Below, one piece after another: positions 38,341 to 48,570 of a stretch of 64,000 nucleotides of DNA. The position numbers were made by a program, and so were the translations under genes. This DNA is from Thermoanaerobaculia bacterium. GTDB lineage: Bacteria > Acidobacteriota > Thermoanaerobaculia > Multivoradales > Multivoraceae. A model generated the notes under the pieces. It saw only the letters and a list, made by a program, of their open reading frames with translations, was not told the origin of the DNA and searched no databases. The stretch covers positions 4,320,001 to 4,384,000 of the forward strand of contig OY762911.1 in NCBI GenBank assembly GCA_963666565.1. The letters run 5' to 3'. Each line of letters opens with the position of its first letter. Within the stretch, counting starts at the first letter, position 1.

Positions 38341-40206
38341 ATGTCGCCATCGGGTCAGGGTCCTCGCGCTCGACGGAGCTGGCTGCGGCTCGGGCTTCTC
38401 GGCGTCCTGGCGACCGGTTGCTCGGTGCCGCCCGACGCCGGGCCGGGAACGGCGGAACCGCGCGACGGCAGCCTGGCGGCCCCGCCCGCCGTCCGGTTCG
38501 TCGACGTGACGGCCGAGAGCGGCATCGACTACACCCTGCCGAGCGGCACGGACTCCACCTACCCGATGCCCGCGGTGATGGGCGGCGGTCTCGCCGTGTT
38601 CGACGCGGACGGCGACGGCGACCTCGATCTGTACTTCATCGCCCCGGCCGCTCCCGAGATCCCGGCTGGCGTGTCCGCGCGAGACGCGCGAACCGGTTCG
38701 GCGGACCCCGTCGCGGCAGCCGGCGGCAACCGCTTCTACCTGCAGCAGGAAGACGGCCGGTTCAGCGACGCCACGGCGGCCGCCGGACTGGAAGGCAACG
38801 GCATGGGTTGCGCCGTCGGCGACCTGGACAACGACGGCGACCTCGATCTCTACGTGACCCGCGTCGGGCCGGATCGGCTGCTGATCAACGACGGCGACGG
38901 CGCCTTCGCCGACCGCACCGAGGCCTGGAACGCGGCCGTTCCCGGCTGGTCCTCCTCCGCCGCGCTGCTCGACTACGACCGGGACGGCTACCTCGACATC
39001 TACGTCGCCCGCTACGTCGCGTTCGACCCGGCCCGCGTCTGCTCACAGCACGGCGGACGGCGGGACTTCTGCGGCCCCACCGAGTTCGCGGGCCTGAGCG
39101 ACGTGCTGCTCCGCAACCTGGGCGGCAGCGGGTTCGAGGATGTGAGCGCCGCCGCCGGCTTCGCGGCCGTCGAGGATGCCGGCCTGGGCGTCCTCGCCGC
39201 CGACTTCGACCACGACGGCGAGGTGGACATCTACGTCGCCAACGACGCCGATCCGAACAACCTCTGGATCCACCAGGGCGGCGGGCGCTTCCTGGACGAC
39301 GGCGTCCTTCAGGGCGCAGCGTTCAACCGCTGGGGCAACAGCGAGGCAGGAATGGGCATCGCGGCCGGCGACGCGGACCTCGACCTGGACGTCGACCTGT
39401 TCGTGACCCACCTGATCACGGAGACGAACACCTACTACCGCAACCTCATGCTGCCCGGCTTCGAGGACGCGACGATCGACACGGAACTCGGCGCCGCGAG
39501 CCTCGATCTGACCGGCTTCGGCGCCGCCTTCTTCGACGCCGAAAACGACGGCGACCTCGATCTGGCGGTGGCGAACGGGGCCGTGAAGCGGCGGCCGTCC
39601 GCGCTGGCCACGCCCGGCGGCGCGACCGCCCCATTCCCCTTCTGGTCCGACTACGTGGAGCCGAACCTGCTCCTGCTCAACGACAGCGGCCGCTTCGTCG
39701 ACGCCTCCTCCGAGCCGCCGTGGCCAGAACTCGGCCTCAGCCGGGCACTCGTACCCGCCGATCTCGACGGTGACGGCGACCTCGATCTCGTCGTCGCGAA
39801 CCTGGACGGACCGCCCCAGGTGCTGCGCAACCTGACGATCGACGATGGCGCCGCGGCCGAGTCGGCAGGCGCCGTTCCTTCCTCGATCGGCGCCTCCACG
39901 GACGCCGACGCGAAAGCGGACAACTCGAACTGGCTGCGGGTCCGCGCGTTCGATCCCAGGCTGCGCCGCGAGGCGATCGGCGCCCGGATCACGGTCCAGA
40001 CGCCGGATGGCGCGCGGCTCGTTCACGCACTGTCGCCCGGCAGCTACCTCTCCGCCGGGCCCGCCACGGCGCACCTCGGCCTCGGCGCTGCCGACGCCGT
40101 CCAGGGCTTCGAGGTCGTCTGGCCCGACGGCCTCGTCGAGCGCTTCCCCGGCGTAGCCGCCAACCAGGTCGTCGAGCTCATCCGCGGCGATGGGCGGGGC
40201 AGATGA
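38341..40206 (+). CDS. CRTAC1-family FG-GAP repeat / ASPIC-UnbV lipoprotein
   Basis: LATGC lipobox; repeated DxDxDGDLD motifs; FVDVTAESGI; NWLRV...AIGARITV...SYLS...HLGLG...VVWPDG. Confidence 0.88.
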   Translation: MSPSGQGPRARRSWLRLGLLGVLATGCSVPPDAGPGTAEPRDGSLAAPPAVRFVDVTAESGIDYTLPSGTDSTYPMPAVMGGGLAVFDADGDGDLDLYFIAPAAPEIPAGVSARDARTGSADPVAAAGGNRFYLQQEDGRFSDATAAAGLEGNGMGCAVGDLDNDGDLDLYVTRVGPDRLLINDGDGAFADRTEAWNAAVPGWSSSAALLDYDRDGYLDIYVARYVAFDPARVCSQHGGRRDFCGPTEFAGLSDVLLRNLGGSGFEDVSAAAGFAAVEDAGLGVLAADFDHDGEVDIYVANDADPNNLWIHQGGGRFLDDGVLQGAAFNRWGNSEAGMGIAAGDADLDLDVDLFVTHLITETNTYYRNLMLPGFEDATIDTELGAASLDLTGFGAAFFDAENDGDLDLAVANGAVKRRPSALATPGGATAPFPFWSDYVEPNLLLLNDSGRFVDASSEPPWPELGLSRALVPADLDGDGDLDLVVANLDGPPQVLRNLTIDDGAAAESAGAVPSSIGASTDADAKADNSNWLRVRAFDPRLRREAIGARITVQTPDGARLVHALSPGSYLSAGPATAHLGLGAADAVQGFEVVWPDGLVERFPGVAANQVVELIRGDGRGR

Positions 40207-41486
40207 CCCCAGCGCTCACCTTCATCCTCGCCGGTGCCGTTCTCGTCGCCCAGGAGATCCCCACGCCCCGGCTCGACGGCGCCGAACCCGCCGTCCGCCA
40301 GCGACTCGCCTCTCTCCAGGCAGACCTCCGCGCGAACTCCGGGAACGGGGACGCCTGGGGCCGGTACGGCATGACCCTCGAAGCCCACACCTTCACCGAC
40401 GAAGCGATCGCCGCCTACCGGCAGGCCCACGAACTCTCGCCGCGGACGTTCCACTGGCCCTACCTGCTCGCCGCCCTGGTCGACGAGCGCTCGGCCGCGG
40501 ACAGCCTTCCGCTCTACGAGGCGGCCCTCGACCTCGACTCCGACTACGCACCCGCCCACGTCCGCTACGCCGAGGCCCTGGAACGCACGGGCCAGTTCGA
40601 CACCGCCAACCAGGAGTACGCGCAAGCGGTCCGACTCGACCCGGCCAACGCCCACGCCCACGCCGGCCTCGGCCGCCTCGCGCTCGCCGCCGGCGATCCC
40701 GCCGCGGCCGCCCGGCACCTGACCCGGGCCCACGAACTCGCGCCCGAGAACCGCTCGTTCGCCGTCACCCTGGCCCAAGCGCATGCACGCGCCGGAGACC
40801 GCGAGCGTGGGCAGCAGATCGCCGCCGCCGCGCGCTCGCTGGGACGAATCAACTACCGCAACGATCCAGTCCGTTCGAGCGTCCACGACCTGGCGCTCGA
40901 CGCCCGAAGCTACCTGCGGCGCGCCAACGCCCACCGCGTCCACGGCGAACTCGACCTCGCACGGCGCGAACTCCGGACGGGCATCGATGTCGACGCGTCA
41001 AGGCCCGAACTCCACTTCGCTCTGGCCGAGGTGCTCGCAGCCTCGGGCGATCCGGCGGGCTCGCTCGCGGCCGCGCGCCGCGCGTACGAACTGCACCCGG
41101 AACTCGAAGGCGTCGCGCCGTTCCTGGCGCGAGCGCTCTTTCAGACCGGCGACCTGAGCGGAGCGCTGGCCATGGCCGAAGAGGCCCTGCGACTCGACGC
41201 CGGCGACGTCAGCATGATGCTGCTCATAGCCCTCATCAGCGCCGAGCGTGGCGACGTCGTCCGCACCGTCGAGGTTCTCGACCGCGCCTACCAGGCGCGG
41301 CCTCAGGATTCGCCCACCCGCGAAGGCCTGATCCAGTTGCTCTCGAACGTCGGCGAAGCGATGGTCGGCAGCGGCCTGCCGGACGCCGCCGCCGAGCAGT
41401 TCGAGAAAGCGCTCGACCTGGCCGAGGAAGCGGCCAGCCCCGAGGCGGCCGGACTTCGCCGGCAACTCGCTCAGGTCCGCCGCTAG
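40203..41486 (+). CDS. Tetratricopeptide repeat protein
   Basis: Repeated A...Y..A..L.P helical units; ATGA coupling to CRTAC1. Confidence 0.85.
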   Translation: MTPALTFILAGAVLVAQEIPTPRLDGAEPAVRQRLASLQADLRANSGNGDAWGRYGMTLEAHTFTDEAIAAYRQAHELSPRTFHWPYLLAALVDERSAADSLPLYEAALDLDSDYAPAHVRYAEALERTGQFDTANQEYAQAVRLDPANAHAHAGLGRLALAAGDPAAAARHLTRAHELAPENRSFAVTLAQAHARAGDRERGQQIAAAARSLGRINYRNDPVRSSVHDLALDARSYLRRANAHRVHGELDLARRELRTGIDVDASRPELHFALAEVLAASGDPAGSLAAARRAYELHPELEGVAPFLARALFQTGDLSGALAMAEEALRLDAGDVSMMLLIALISAERGDVVRTVEVLDRAYQARPQDSPTREGLIQLLSNVGEAMVGSGLPDAAAEQFEKALDLAEEAASPEAAGLRRQLAQVRR

Positions 41487-41558
41487 GCGCGAGAATCCTG
41501 GCATGCGTGTTGCTCTCCAGTACCCTGTGCTGACCAGCAAGAGAACAGGGATGTCTCG

Positions 41559-43229
41559 ATGAGGCTCGGTTCCGCAGCCGCTGTCACCTTCTGCATCGCA
41601 GCCGTCCCCGTTTGGGGACAGGAGACCCCGCTGCCGGAGCTCTTCTCCGACACGATCGACGTCCGCGTGGTCAACGTCGAGGTGGTCGTCACGGACGGGA
41701 GCGGCAACCGGGTACAAGGCCTGGACGCGACAGATTTCGAGCTTCGGGTGGACGGCGAGAGCGTACCGGTCGAGTACTTCACGGAGGTCGACGGGGGAAT
41801 CGCCCGGGCGAGCGGACAGGGGGACGCGGCGGGGACGGTGTCTTCCCTCGTAGCCGGCGAGCCGGTGCGCACGAACTACCTCGTCTTCATCGACGAGTAC
41901 TTCGCGGTCAGACGGGACCGTGACCGGGTACTGGCGCGGCTGGAGCAGGACCTGATGAAACTCGGTGCGAACGATCGCGTGGCCCTGGTCGCGTTCGACG
42001 GCCAGAACGTCACTGAGCTGACGGACTGGACCGACTCGCGGGACGTACTCCGCGACGCTCTCGGCGTGGCGCGCAAGCGCGACGCCCTGGGCATCATGCG
42101 AATCGTGGACATCGAACCGGCCGTTGTCGAACCGACACTGGCGGACCGGACATCGCAGGCTCTCGTCCGCTCCCGCGAAGGTATCCGGCGGGCAATGTCG
42201 ACGCTGCATCTGAACAAGCGGGAGCGTGAGATTCAACAGTCCGTCCTCGCCGCCACGGCCACCCTCCGGAGCTACGCCGATCCGCCGGGGCGCAAGGTGA
42301 TGCTCGTACTGACGGACGGCTGGGGCGTACCCGAGTGGAACAGGGACAACTTCGATCAGGTCGACTGGCGGCCTCCGAGCATCGAGAGCATCTACGGCCC
42401 CCTCGTCCACGCCGCCAACCTGGTCGGCTACACGCTCTACCCCGTCGACCTTCCAGGGCTCGATCCGGCCTTCACGAACGCCCCCGCCGGAACCAGCGAC
42501 CCTTCCGCGACGTACACACCAAGTCCGAGCCTGGGGCTGGAACCGAACCTCTCCGCCCTGCCGACCGATCTGTACAGCGAATGGTCCCAGGAAGCCTCTC
42601 TGGGCTATCTCGCCCGCGAGACCGGCGGCCTGCCGATGATCAACGCCTTTCGCGACGTCGCCCTGGCCGAGGCCGCGGCCGACACCCGGTCCTACTACTG
42701 GCTCGGATTCGAACCGCCTCGCAACGAGGACGACACGCTCCACGACATCGAAGTGCAACTGGTTGGCCGTTCCGATCTTCGTGTCAGATCGAGGCGGAGC
42801 TATCTCGATCTGTCGAAGAGCACTGAAGTGACGATGATGGTCGAGGGATCGCTGCTGTTCGGCGGCGTAGCGGGAAAGGAAACGCTGACGGTCGAGTTCG
42901 GCGCCCCGCAACCCGCCCGGGGCCGGAAGATCCTGGTGCCGATGAAGGTGTTCATTCCGCTCGACGACATCACCCTCCTCCCGATGGGCGACCTGTGGAT
43001 GAACGAGGTCGAGTTGCGCGTCAGCGTGATCAACGAGTCCGGCGACCGCTCCGAGACGCCGGTCGAGACGGTCCGCATCTCAGGCCCGACGGAACCGGAG
43101 CCCGGCCAGCACTGGTGGTACACGACGGAACTGGTGCTCCGAAAGCGGGAACACCGCATTGTCGTGGCCGTCCACGACCCGGTGAGCGGCACGATCCTGT
43201 CTGCCAGCGAAACGATCGGGCCGAGGTAG
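41559..43229 (+). CDS. Acidobacterial VWA-domain exported protein, paralog 1
   Basis: Signal peptide; DVRVVNVEVVVTDGSGNRVQGL...DFEL, LVFID, GRKVMLVLTDG, LARETGG, YYWLGF. Confidence 0.85.
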   Translation: MRLGSAAAVTFCIAAVPVWGQETPLPELFSDTIDVRVVNVEVVVTDGSGNRVQGLDATDFELRVDGESVPVEYFTEVDGGIARASGQGDAAGTVSSLVAGEPVRTNYLVFIDEYFAVRRDRDRVLARLEQDLMKLGANDRVALVAFDGQNVTELTDWTDSRDVLRDALGVARKRDALGIMRIVDIEPAVVEPTLADRTSQALVRSREGIRRAMSTLHLNKREREIQQSVLAATATLRSYADPPGRKVMLVLTDGWGVPEWNRDNFDQVDWRPPSIESIYGPLVHAANLVGYTLYPVDLPGLDPAFTNAPAGTSDPSATYTPSPSLGLEPNLSALPTDLYSEWSQEASLGYLARETGGLPMINAFRDVALAEAAADTRSYYWLGFEPPRNEDDTLHDIEVQLVGRSDLRVRSRRSYLDLSKSTEVTMMVEGSLLFGGVAGKETLTVEFGAPQPARGRKILVPMKVFIPLDDITLLPMGDLWMNEVELRVSVINESGDRSETPVETVRISGPTEPEPGQHWWYTTELVLRKREHRIVVAVHDPVSGTILSASETIGPR

Positions 43230-43291
43230 ACATGAGAAAGCCCGGTCTGTTCGCGAAGAGCGCGAGCACCGAGAAAACGAGAGGTAACCTG

Positions 43292-44890
43292 ATGAGCATG
43301 AACCCGAACCTGCCAGGACTCCGCGCCGCGGCTACCGTCACATGCCTGCTGGCCGCGCTACCGGCGGCCGCGCAGGACAGTCCGCTGCCGGACCTCTTCT
43401 CCGACGTGATCGACGTCCGCGTGGTCAACGTCGAAGTCGTCGTCACGGACAGGAGCGGGAACCGCGTCCGGGGCCTCCGGCCGGGAGACTTCGAACTCCA
43501 CGTGGACGGTGAACCGGTACCGATCGACTACTTCACGGAAGTCGACGAGGGCCGCGCGCTGGAAGCGCCCGACGAAGGCGTCGGCAACGTTCCCGCCCTG
43601 ACCCCGGACGAGCCGGTCGGCACGAGCTACCTCGTCTTCATCGACGACCTCTTCGCGATCAAGCAGCGCAGGGACCGGGTGCTGAAGCGCCTGGAAGAGG
43701 ATCTGGTCCGGCTCGGGCCGGCCGATCGCGTAGCGGTCGTGGCCCACGACGGCCGAGAGCTCACCCTGCTCACGGACTGGACCGGCGACCGCGCCGGCAT
43801 CGAGACCGCTCTGCTGGAGGCGCGGGAACGCAAGCCGTACGGTCTGCTGTACCGGTACGGCATGGGCTCGGAACAGGGCGACAAGACCCGGCGATCTGTG
43901 ATGGCCGCCGCCGGCGCCGTGCGCAGTTTCGCCGACGCGCCGGGCCGCAAGGTCATGCTCCTGCTGATCGAAGGCTGGGCCACCGTGTCCGACACCTGGA
44001 ACTTCAGGTCGGCCTACTACGCAGCGTCCGCCGGCGCAACGCTCGACCGGCTCTACGGGCCTCTGGTCAACGCCGCGAACCTGGTCGGCTACAGCCTCTA
44101 CCCGATCGACCTTCCCGGGTTGCAGGGCGCGCCAGGCTCTCCGATCGCCGGCTTCGGCACGGCAGGCGTGGTGCCAGTTTTCACCGGCGCCATCGGAGGG
44201 TACGAGATGCGGAGGCACGAGACGTGGGAAGGCATACCCGAGCGGCGATTCCACAATGTCCTCCAGTTTCTGGCCGAGGAAACCGGCGGCCTGCCGATGA
44301 TCAACTCCTTCAGCAAGAGAGCCCTCGCGGAGACGGCGGCGGACACCCGTTCCTACTACTGGCTCGGCTTCGACCCTCCCCGCAACGAGGACGATCGCCT
44401 TCACGACATCGCGGTGCGGCTGCCCGGACATCGCGGCTTCCGAGTCCGAACACGGGAGCATTACCTGGACATGTCCAAGGGGACGGAGGTCGGGATGCTG
44501 GTCGAGGGCGCCCTTCTGCTCGGCGGTTCACCCGGTGCCGAATCGCTCGAGGTGAGTTTCGGTGAGCCGAAGAAGGCGGGTTTCCGGCGCCTTGACGTGC
44601 CGATGACGATTGCGTTTCCCCTGGAAGACGTGGAGCTGCTGCCCGTGAACGGCCAGTGGATGAACGAACTGGAGTTCACGATCCGCCTGATGAACAAGTG
44701 GGGCGACCAGGCGACGCCGCCGGCCGTGAAGATCCCGGTGGTCATCCCGAACGAACCGACCCGCGGCGACTTCTTCGTCTTCGAGACGGACCTCAAGATC
44801 CGCAAGCGCGAGCACCGCTTCGTCGCGGCGGTCTACGACCCGCTCACCGACGAGCTGCTGTCGACGAGAGGCACCGTCGGACCGAGGTAG
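43292..44890 (+). CDS. Acidobacterial VWA-domain exported protein, paralog 2
   Basis: Same motif series as paralog 1; GAGG RBS before the ATG at 43292 (alternatives 43232 or 43298). Confidence 0.85.
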   Translation: MSMNPNLPGLRAAATVTCLLAALPAAAQDSPLPDLFSDVIDVRVVNVEVVVTDRSGNRVRGLRPGDFELHVDGEPVPIDYFTEVDEGRALEAPDEGVGNVPALTPDEPVGTSYLVFIDDLFAIKQRRDRVLKRLEEDLVRLGPADRVAVVAHDGRELTLLTDWTGDRAGIETALLEARERKPYGLLYRYGMGSEQGDKTRRSVMAAAGAVRSFADAPGRKVMLLLIEGWATVSDTWNFRSAYYAASAGATLDRLYGPLVNAANLVGYSLYPIDLPGLQGAPGSPIAGFGTAGVVPVFTGAIGGYEMRRHETWEGIPERRFHNVLQFLAEETGGLPMINSFSKRALAETAADTRSYYWLGFDPPRNEDDRLHDIAVRLPGHRGFRVRTREHYLDMSKGTEVGMLVEGALLLGGSPGAESLEVSFGEPKKAGFRRLDVPMTIAFPLEDVELLPVNGQWMNELEFTIRLMNKWGDQATPPAVKIPVVIPNEPTRGDFFVFETDLKIRKREHRFVAAVYDPLTDELLSTRGTVGPR

Positions 44891-45072
44891 CGCCTAATGT
44901 CAGCCTTTCGCTGCGGCCAGCGCCTTCCCTCAACCGTCAACGCTCGCCGAACCGCCTAGACCTCGCCTACGGACATTGGTTGGCACAGTTTGCGCGCCTC
45001 GCCTGAGCCTCTTGCAAAGCTCTCACCCGCCCGCGAGCTCGGTCCGGTGGCAAGACGCGCTCCCGGTCCGCG

Positions 45073-48000
45073 TCAGAAACTGAACGTCGCTGACATCGAG
45101 ACCCGTCGCGGCCGCTGATAGCAGATGTACCGCGACGTGCAGAATTCGCCCTCGTCGGTTACTCGCTGACCCTCCTGGTTGTTCGTCACGTTACTCACGT
45201 TGAGCACGAGACTGCCTTGCAGGTCCCCGCGAATGCGGAAGCCCCACGAGGCTCGCAGGTCCACGTTCCAGATCGGATTATGAGGCTCCCGACTCCCACG
45301 CGGCTCGAGGTAGATCGCGGTACCACGCCCCATGATCGCCTGCGTCGGATCGCAACCTTCGAACGTGCTGTTGCAGCCGCCCAGGAAACCGCCCGTCTGC
45401 GGCTGCCAGGGCTTCCCGGAACGCCATGAGAACGAACCGCCGAGCGTCAGATGGTGGCCCGTACTGGCGAGGTGCCAAGTCTTCCAGCCGAAGCTGTTCC
45501 ACACGAACTCGTTGTTCTCTCCCACCGTGCCGTACCGGTTGATCGTCGACACCGGCTGACCGAGAAACGGCGAAAGCAGCGCCTCGCAGTCCACCGGATA
45601 GGGCCTCACAAGCTGGGTACCGTCGGCATTGAACACGGGTTGGTCGTCGCCGTCCCTCACCAACTGGTCGGCAGCGCACGAGTCGATGTGGAACTGCTGC
45701 AGGACGACATCGAGATTCCGGCCGTAGTCCGAGTTCGTGTTGTCGAACAGTCCGCCCCAGAAGTGGCCTTTCGCATCCGCGTAGGTCAGGTTGTTGTAAA
45801 GGGCCCAGTTGTCGCGGAAGTTCCGGTTCAACTGGAGTTGCAGGGACTTGTACGTGCGCTTGCCCTCGTCGAAGTTGGCCATCACCTCCGGATCGACTAC
45901 GCCCACGGCGCCCAGAACCTCCTCGTAGTCCTTGTAGTTCTCCGTGAAGCGGAAGTAGTCGCCGTCGGGAACGCGCTGCAGAGTCGTGCCGATAGAGTTC
46001 TTGAAAGTCCAATAGATGGCGCTTCCCTGGAAGTACCACCGGGGATTGAACGCCCAGCGCAGGCTGAGATCGAGCTCGTCCTTGTAGTACGGATCGATAT
46101 CGACCTGGGGAATCACGCCAGCGTCGATCTGCTGCCACATCACGCCAGGACGCAGCTTTCCGATCAGCCCCGTGTAGCCCACGCCCCGGCAGACGTGCCG
46201 CAGGAAGTACGCGGCATAGTCGTCGCAGTAGATGAAGCGATCCCAGGCGTTCGTGCCGTTCCATCCCTCGAGGAGATAGTTGTTCGAGAGATCCTGCGGC
46301 AAGTGCTGAAAGGCGCGGCCCAGGCTCAAGCTCAGCAGCACCCGGCCGTCGCCACGGAAGTCGTAGGCGCCGAAGAGCCTTGGGGAAAGGTCCGTCGAGT
46401 CGATCACGGTGCGGCCCACGTCATTCTCGTGAACCTGGTCCTCGTAGCGGAGACCGACGTTGAAGGTCCAGTGATTCCCCACTGAGAAGCGATCCTGAGC
46501 GAAGAAAGCCGTGTTGGACGAGGTCGTTCCGTGCCGAATCGGTTCGCCTTCGAGGTCCGTCGGCGTGTAGTCCTCCAGATAGCAGAGCCGGTAGCCCAGG
46601 CGAATGATGCTGCAACTGTCGAAACCGGACGGACTCGACACGTCGAACACGTTGCCTACGTACAGGTCGTTCTTCTGAAGATCCTGTTCCCAGGCAACAC
46701 TCTGCCAGTCGAAGCCGAAGAGAGCTTCGTGGTTCTCGTTGGCGAACCAGGTCACGCGTGCGTTCGACTGATCCCGTGGATAGTCGTTGCGCCCGAAGCC
46801 GTTGTCCAGAAGCCAGCCGTTCCACCAGTGCTGTTGCCCGCCCCTGTAACCGATGTAGGCGTTGAAGTTGTTGCCCGGACTATGGGGGCCGTTGTTGTTC
46901 GGCGGATAGCGCGGATCTTGCTGCTTCTCTGCCAGGGCGGACGCGAGATCGTAGCCGTCGCCGGCGGCCAGCGGTTTGTGCTCGCTCGAATCGTGAGCGG
47001 CAAGCTTGAACTCCAGAAAGACGTCCTGGCTGGCTGCCCAGTTCCAACTACCCGTCACGAGTTCGCCGCCGAAGATGTGCGGGGTAGCCGTGTACCGGTC
47101 CGCGGGCAGGTCGCCCAGTATGAAGGTGACGTCGAGAGGCGACGAATTGTAGTTGGCGATGAGCGAGTGGGAAGGACTTGGCTGGAAGTTCAGCTTGGCG
47201 TTCCGGCTCCCCACGTAGGCCGAGTTGTCGATGATGTCGCCACTGAAGGTCTCCTGGCTGCTGAAGGTGTTCGTGTCAGCCGCGGCCACGAAGAACCAAG
47301 CCTTGTTGCGGACGATGGGACCGCCGAGAGACCCCTGCAGCGTGAGGTCGGAGTAGTCCTTCTCGCGCTCGTTCCGCTTGAAGAAGTCCGGCTCGCACGA
47401 AGGCCGGAGGTAGTTGTTCTGGGGCTGGACGATCTTCTGCCGCTGACACCACCACCGCTCCGCGAGCTCGGGATGAGACTTGTACTCGGAAACCCAGTCG
47501 CCCTGCTGGCGGTGGACGAAGTAGTCGCCGTGGAATCGATTCGTCCCCGACTTGGTGACGACGTTCGTGACGCCGCCGACCGCCCGGCCGTACTCCGCGC
47601 CGCCGGTAGTCGACTGCAGCGTCGTGGAGGCAACGGTGATGTGCGGCAAGTACATGCGCGAACCGCCGCGACGGGTGTAGGTGGTATCCACGCCGTCCAC
47701 GAACACCGCGCCCTCCATCCATCTCGAGCCGTTCGAGCCCGGGTACTCGTCGGCCAGATCGCCATCCGAGGTCACGCCCGGGAGCAGCGCCAGGCCGCTG
47801 TAGTAGTTGGTGTTCACCGACAACACGTTGCTCGCGACGTCCGATGTGATCGTGCCGGCGGACGTCGATTCGAAGCGGTTGATGACGGGCGCTTCCGCGG
47901 TGACGGTGATCTCGCCCTCCGCCTCGAGCGCCATCGTCAACTCGATCTCCGACCGGCCGCCCGGAGTGACGTTGACCGTCGCCTCGGCCGTCCGGTAGCT

Positions 48001-48249
48001 GTCGAGCGTGCCCCGGACCGCGTACGCGCCCGGAATCAGCAGAGCGAACCGGTAGCCGCCTTCCGTCCCGGTGATCGCGACCCTCTCACCGCGGTCGCCG
48101 GCGATCGTGACCGTGACTCCCGGCATGGGGTCTCCGTTCGAGTCGACAGCCCGTCCGAGGACGACCCCCGTCTCGGGACTGTCCGCAACGGCGGGCGGCG
48201 CCAGACCGAAGAGAACGAGGGTTCCGAGCAGTGCCAAGGTACGTCTCAT
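45073..48249 (-). CDS. Oar-like TonB-dependent receptor with N-terminal carboxypeptidase-regulatory domain
   Basis: Signal peptide, GRAVDSNGDPMPGVTVT, AEYGRAVGGVTNVVTKSGTNRFHG, LGGPIVRNKAWFF, FFAQDRF, terminal FSF; AAGGAGG RBS. Confidence 0.9.
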   Translation of the reverse strand: MRRTLALLGTLVLFGLAPPAVADSPETGVVLGRAVDSNGDPMPGVTVTIAGDRGERVAITGTEGGYRFALLIPGAYAVRGTLDSYRTAEATVNVTPGGRSEIELTMALEAEGEITVTAEAPVINRFESTSAGTITSDVASNVLSVNTNYYSGLALLPGVTSDGDLADEYPGSNGSRWMEGAVFVDGVDTTYTRRGGSRMYLPHITVASTTLQSTTGGAEYGRAVGGVTNVVTKSGTNRFHGDYFVHRQQGDWVSEYKSHPELAERWWCQRQKIVQPQNNYLRPSCEPDFFKRNEREKDYSDLTLQGSLGGPIVRNKAWFFVAAADTNTFSSQETFSGDIIDNSAYVGSRNAKLNFQPSPSHSLIANYNSSPLDVTFILGDLPADRYTATPHIFGGELVTGSWNWAASQDVFLEFKLAAHDSSEHKPLAAGDGYDLASALAEKQQDPRYPPNNNGPHSPGNNFNAYIGYRGGQQHWWNGWLLDNGFGRNDYPRDQSNARVTWFANENHEALFGFDWQSVAWEQDLQKNDLYVGNVFDVSSPSGFDSCSIIRLGYRLCYLEDYTPTDLEGEPIRHGTTSSNTAFFAQDRFSVGNHWTFNVGLRYEDQVHENDVGRTVIDSTDLSPRLFGAYDFRGDGRVLLSLSLGRAFQHLPQDLSNNYLLEGWNGTNAWDRFIYCDDYAAYFLRHVCRGVGYTGLIGKLRPGVMWQQIDAGVIPQVDIDPYYKDELDLSLRWAFNPRWYFQGSAIYWTFKNSIGTTLQRVPDGDYFRFTENYKDYEEVLGAVGVVDPEVMANFDEGKRTYKSLQLQLNRNFRDNWALYNNLTYADAKGHFWGGLFDNTNSDYGRNLDVVLQQFHIDSCAADQLVRDGDDQPVFNADGTQLVRPYPVDCEALLSPFLGQPVSTINRYGTVGENNEFVWNSFGWKTWHLASTGHHLTLGGSFSWRSGKPWQPQTGGFLGGCNSTFEGCDPTQAIMGRGTAIYLEPRGSREPHNPIWNVDLRASWGFRIRGDLQGSLVLNVSNVTNNQEGQRVTDEGEFCTSRYICYQRPRRVSMSATFSF

Positions 48250-48570
48250 GAGCCGATCCTCCTTTCCTTACTGGCTGGCCAGCCAGCAAGAATGAGAGTT
48301 CATCCGAATCTCCGGGGCGGCCCAGCCGGAGAATCGGTATGAACAAAGAGCATCGGATGTCTGGGGACCTCCGACCCCCGGCTGCCCCGACCGGAGATAG
48401 CTGCCTGTCGCTATGTGAGCGGCACTATAGCAGCGTCGCGGAGGGCACGGACACCTGCCGGCCAGCACCCGCGCGGCGCGACCCCGCGCCACCGGCGTTC
48501 CAGTCCGTACGCCCGTCATCGAGCGCGTGGATGGCAGGCCGGCGCACCGACAACGCCGACACGGGCGGCG

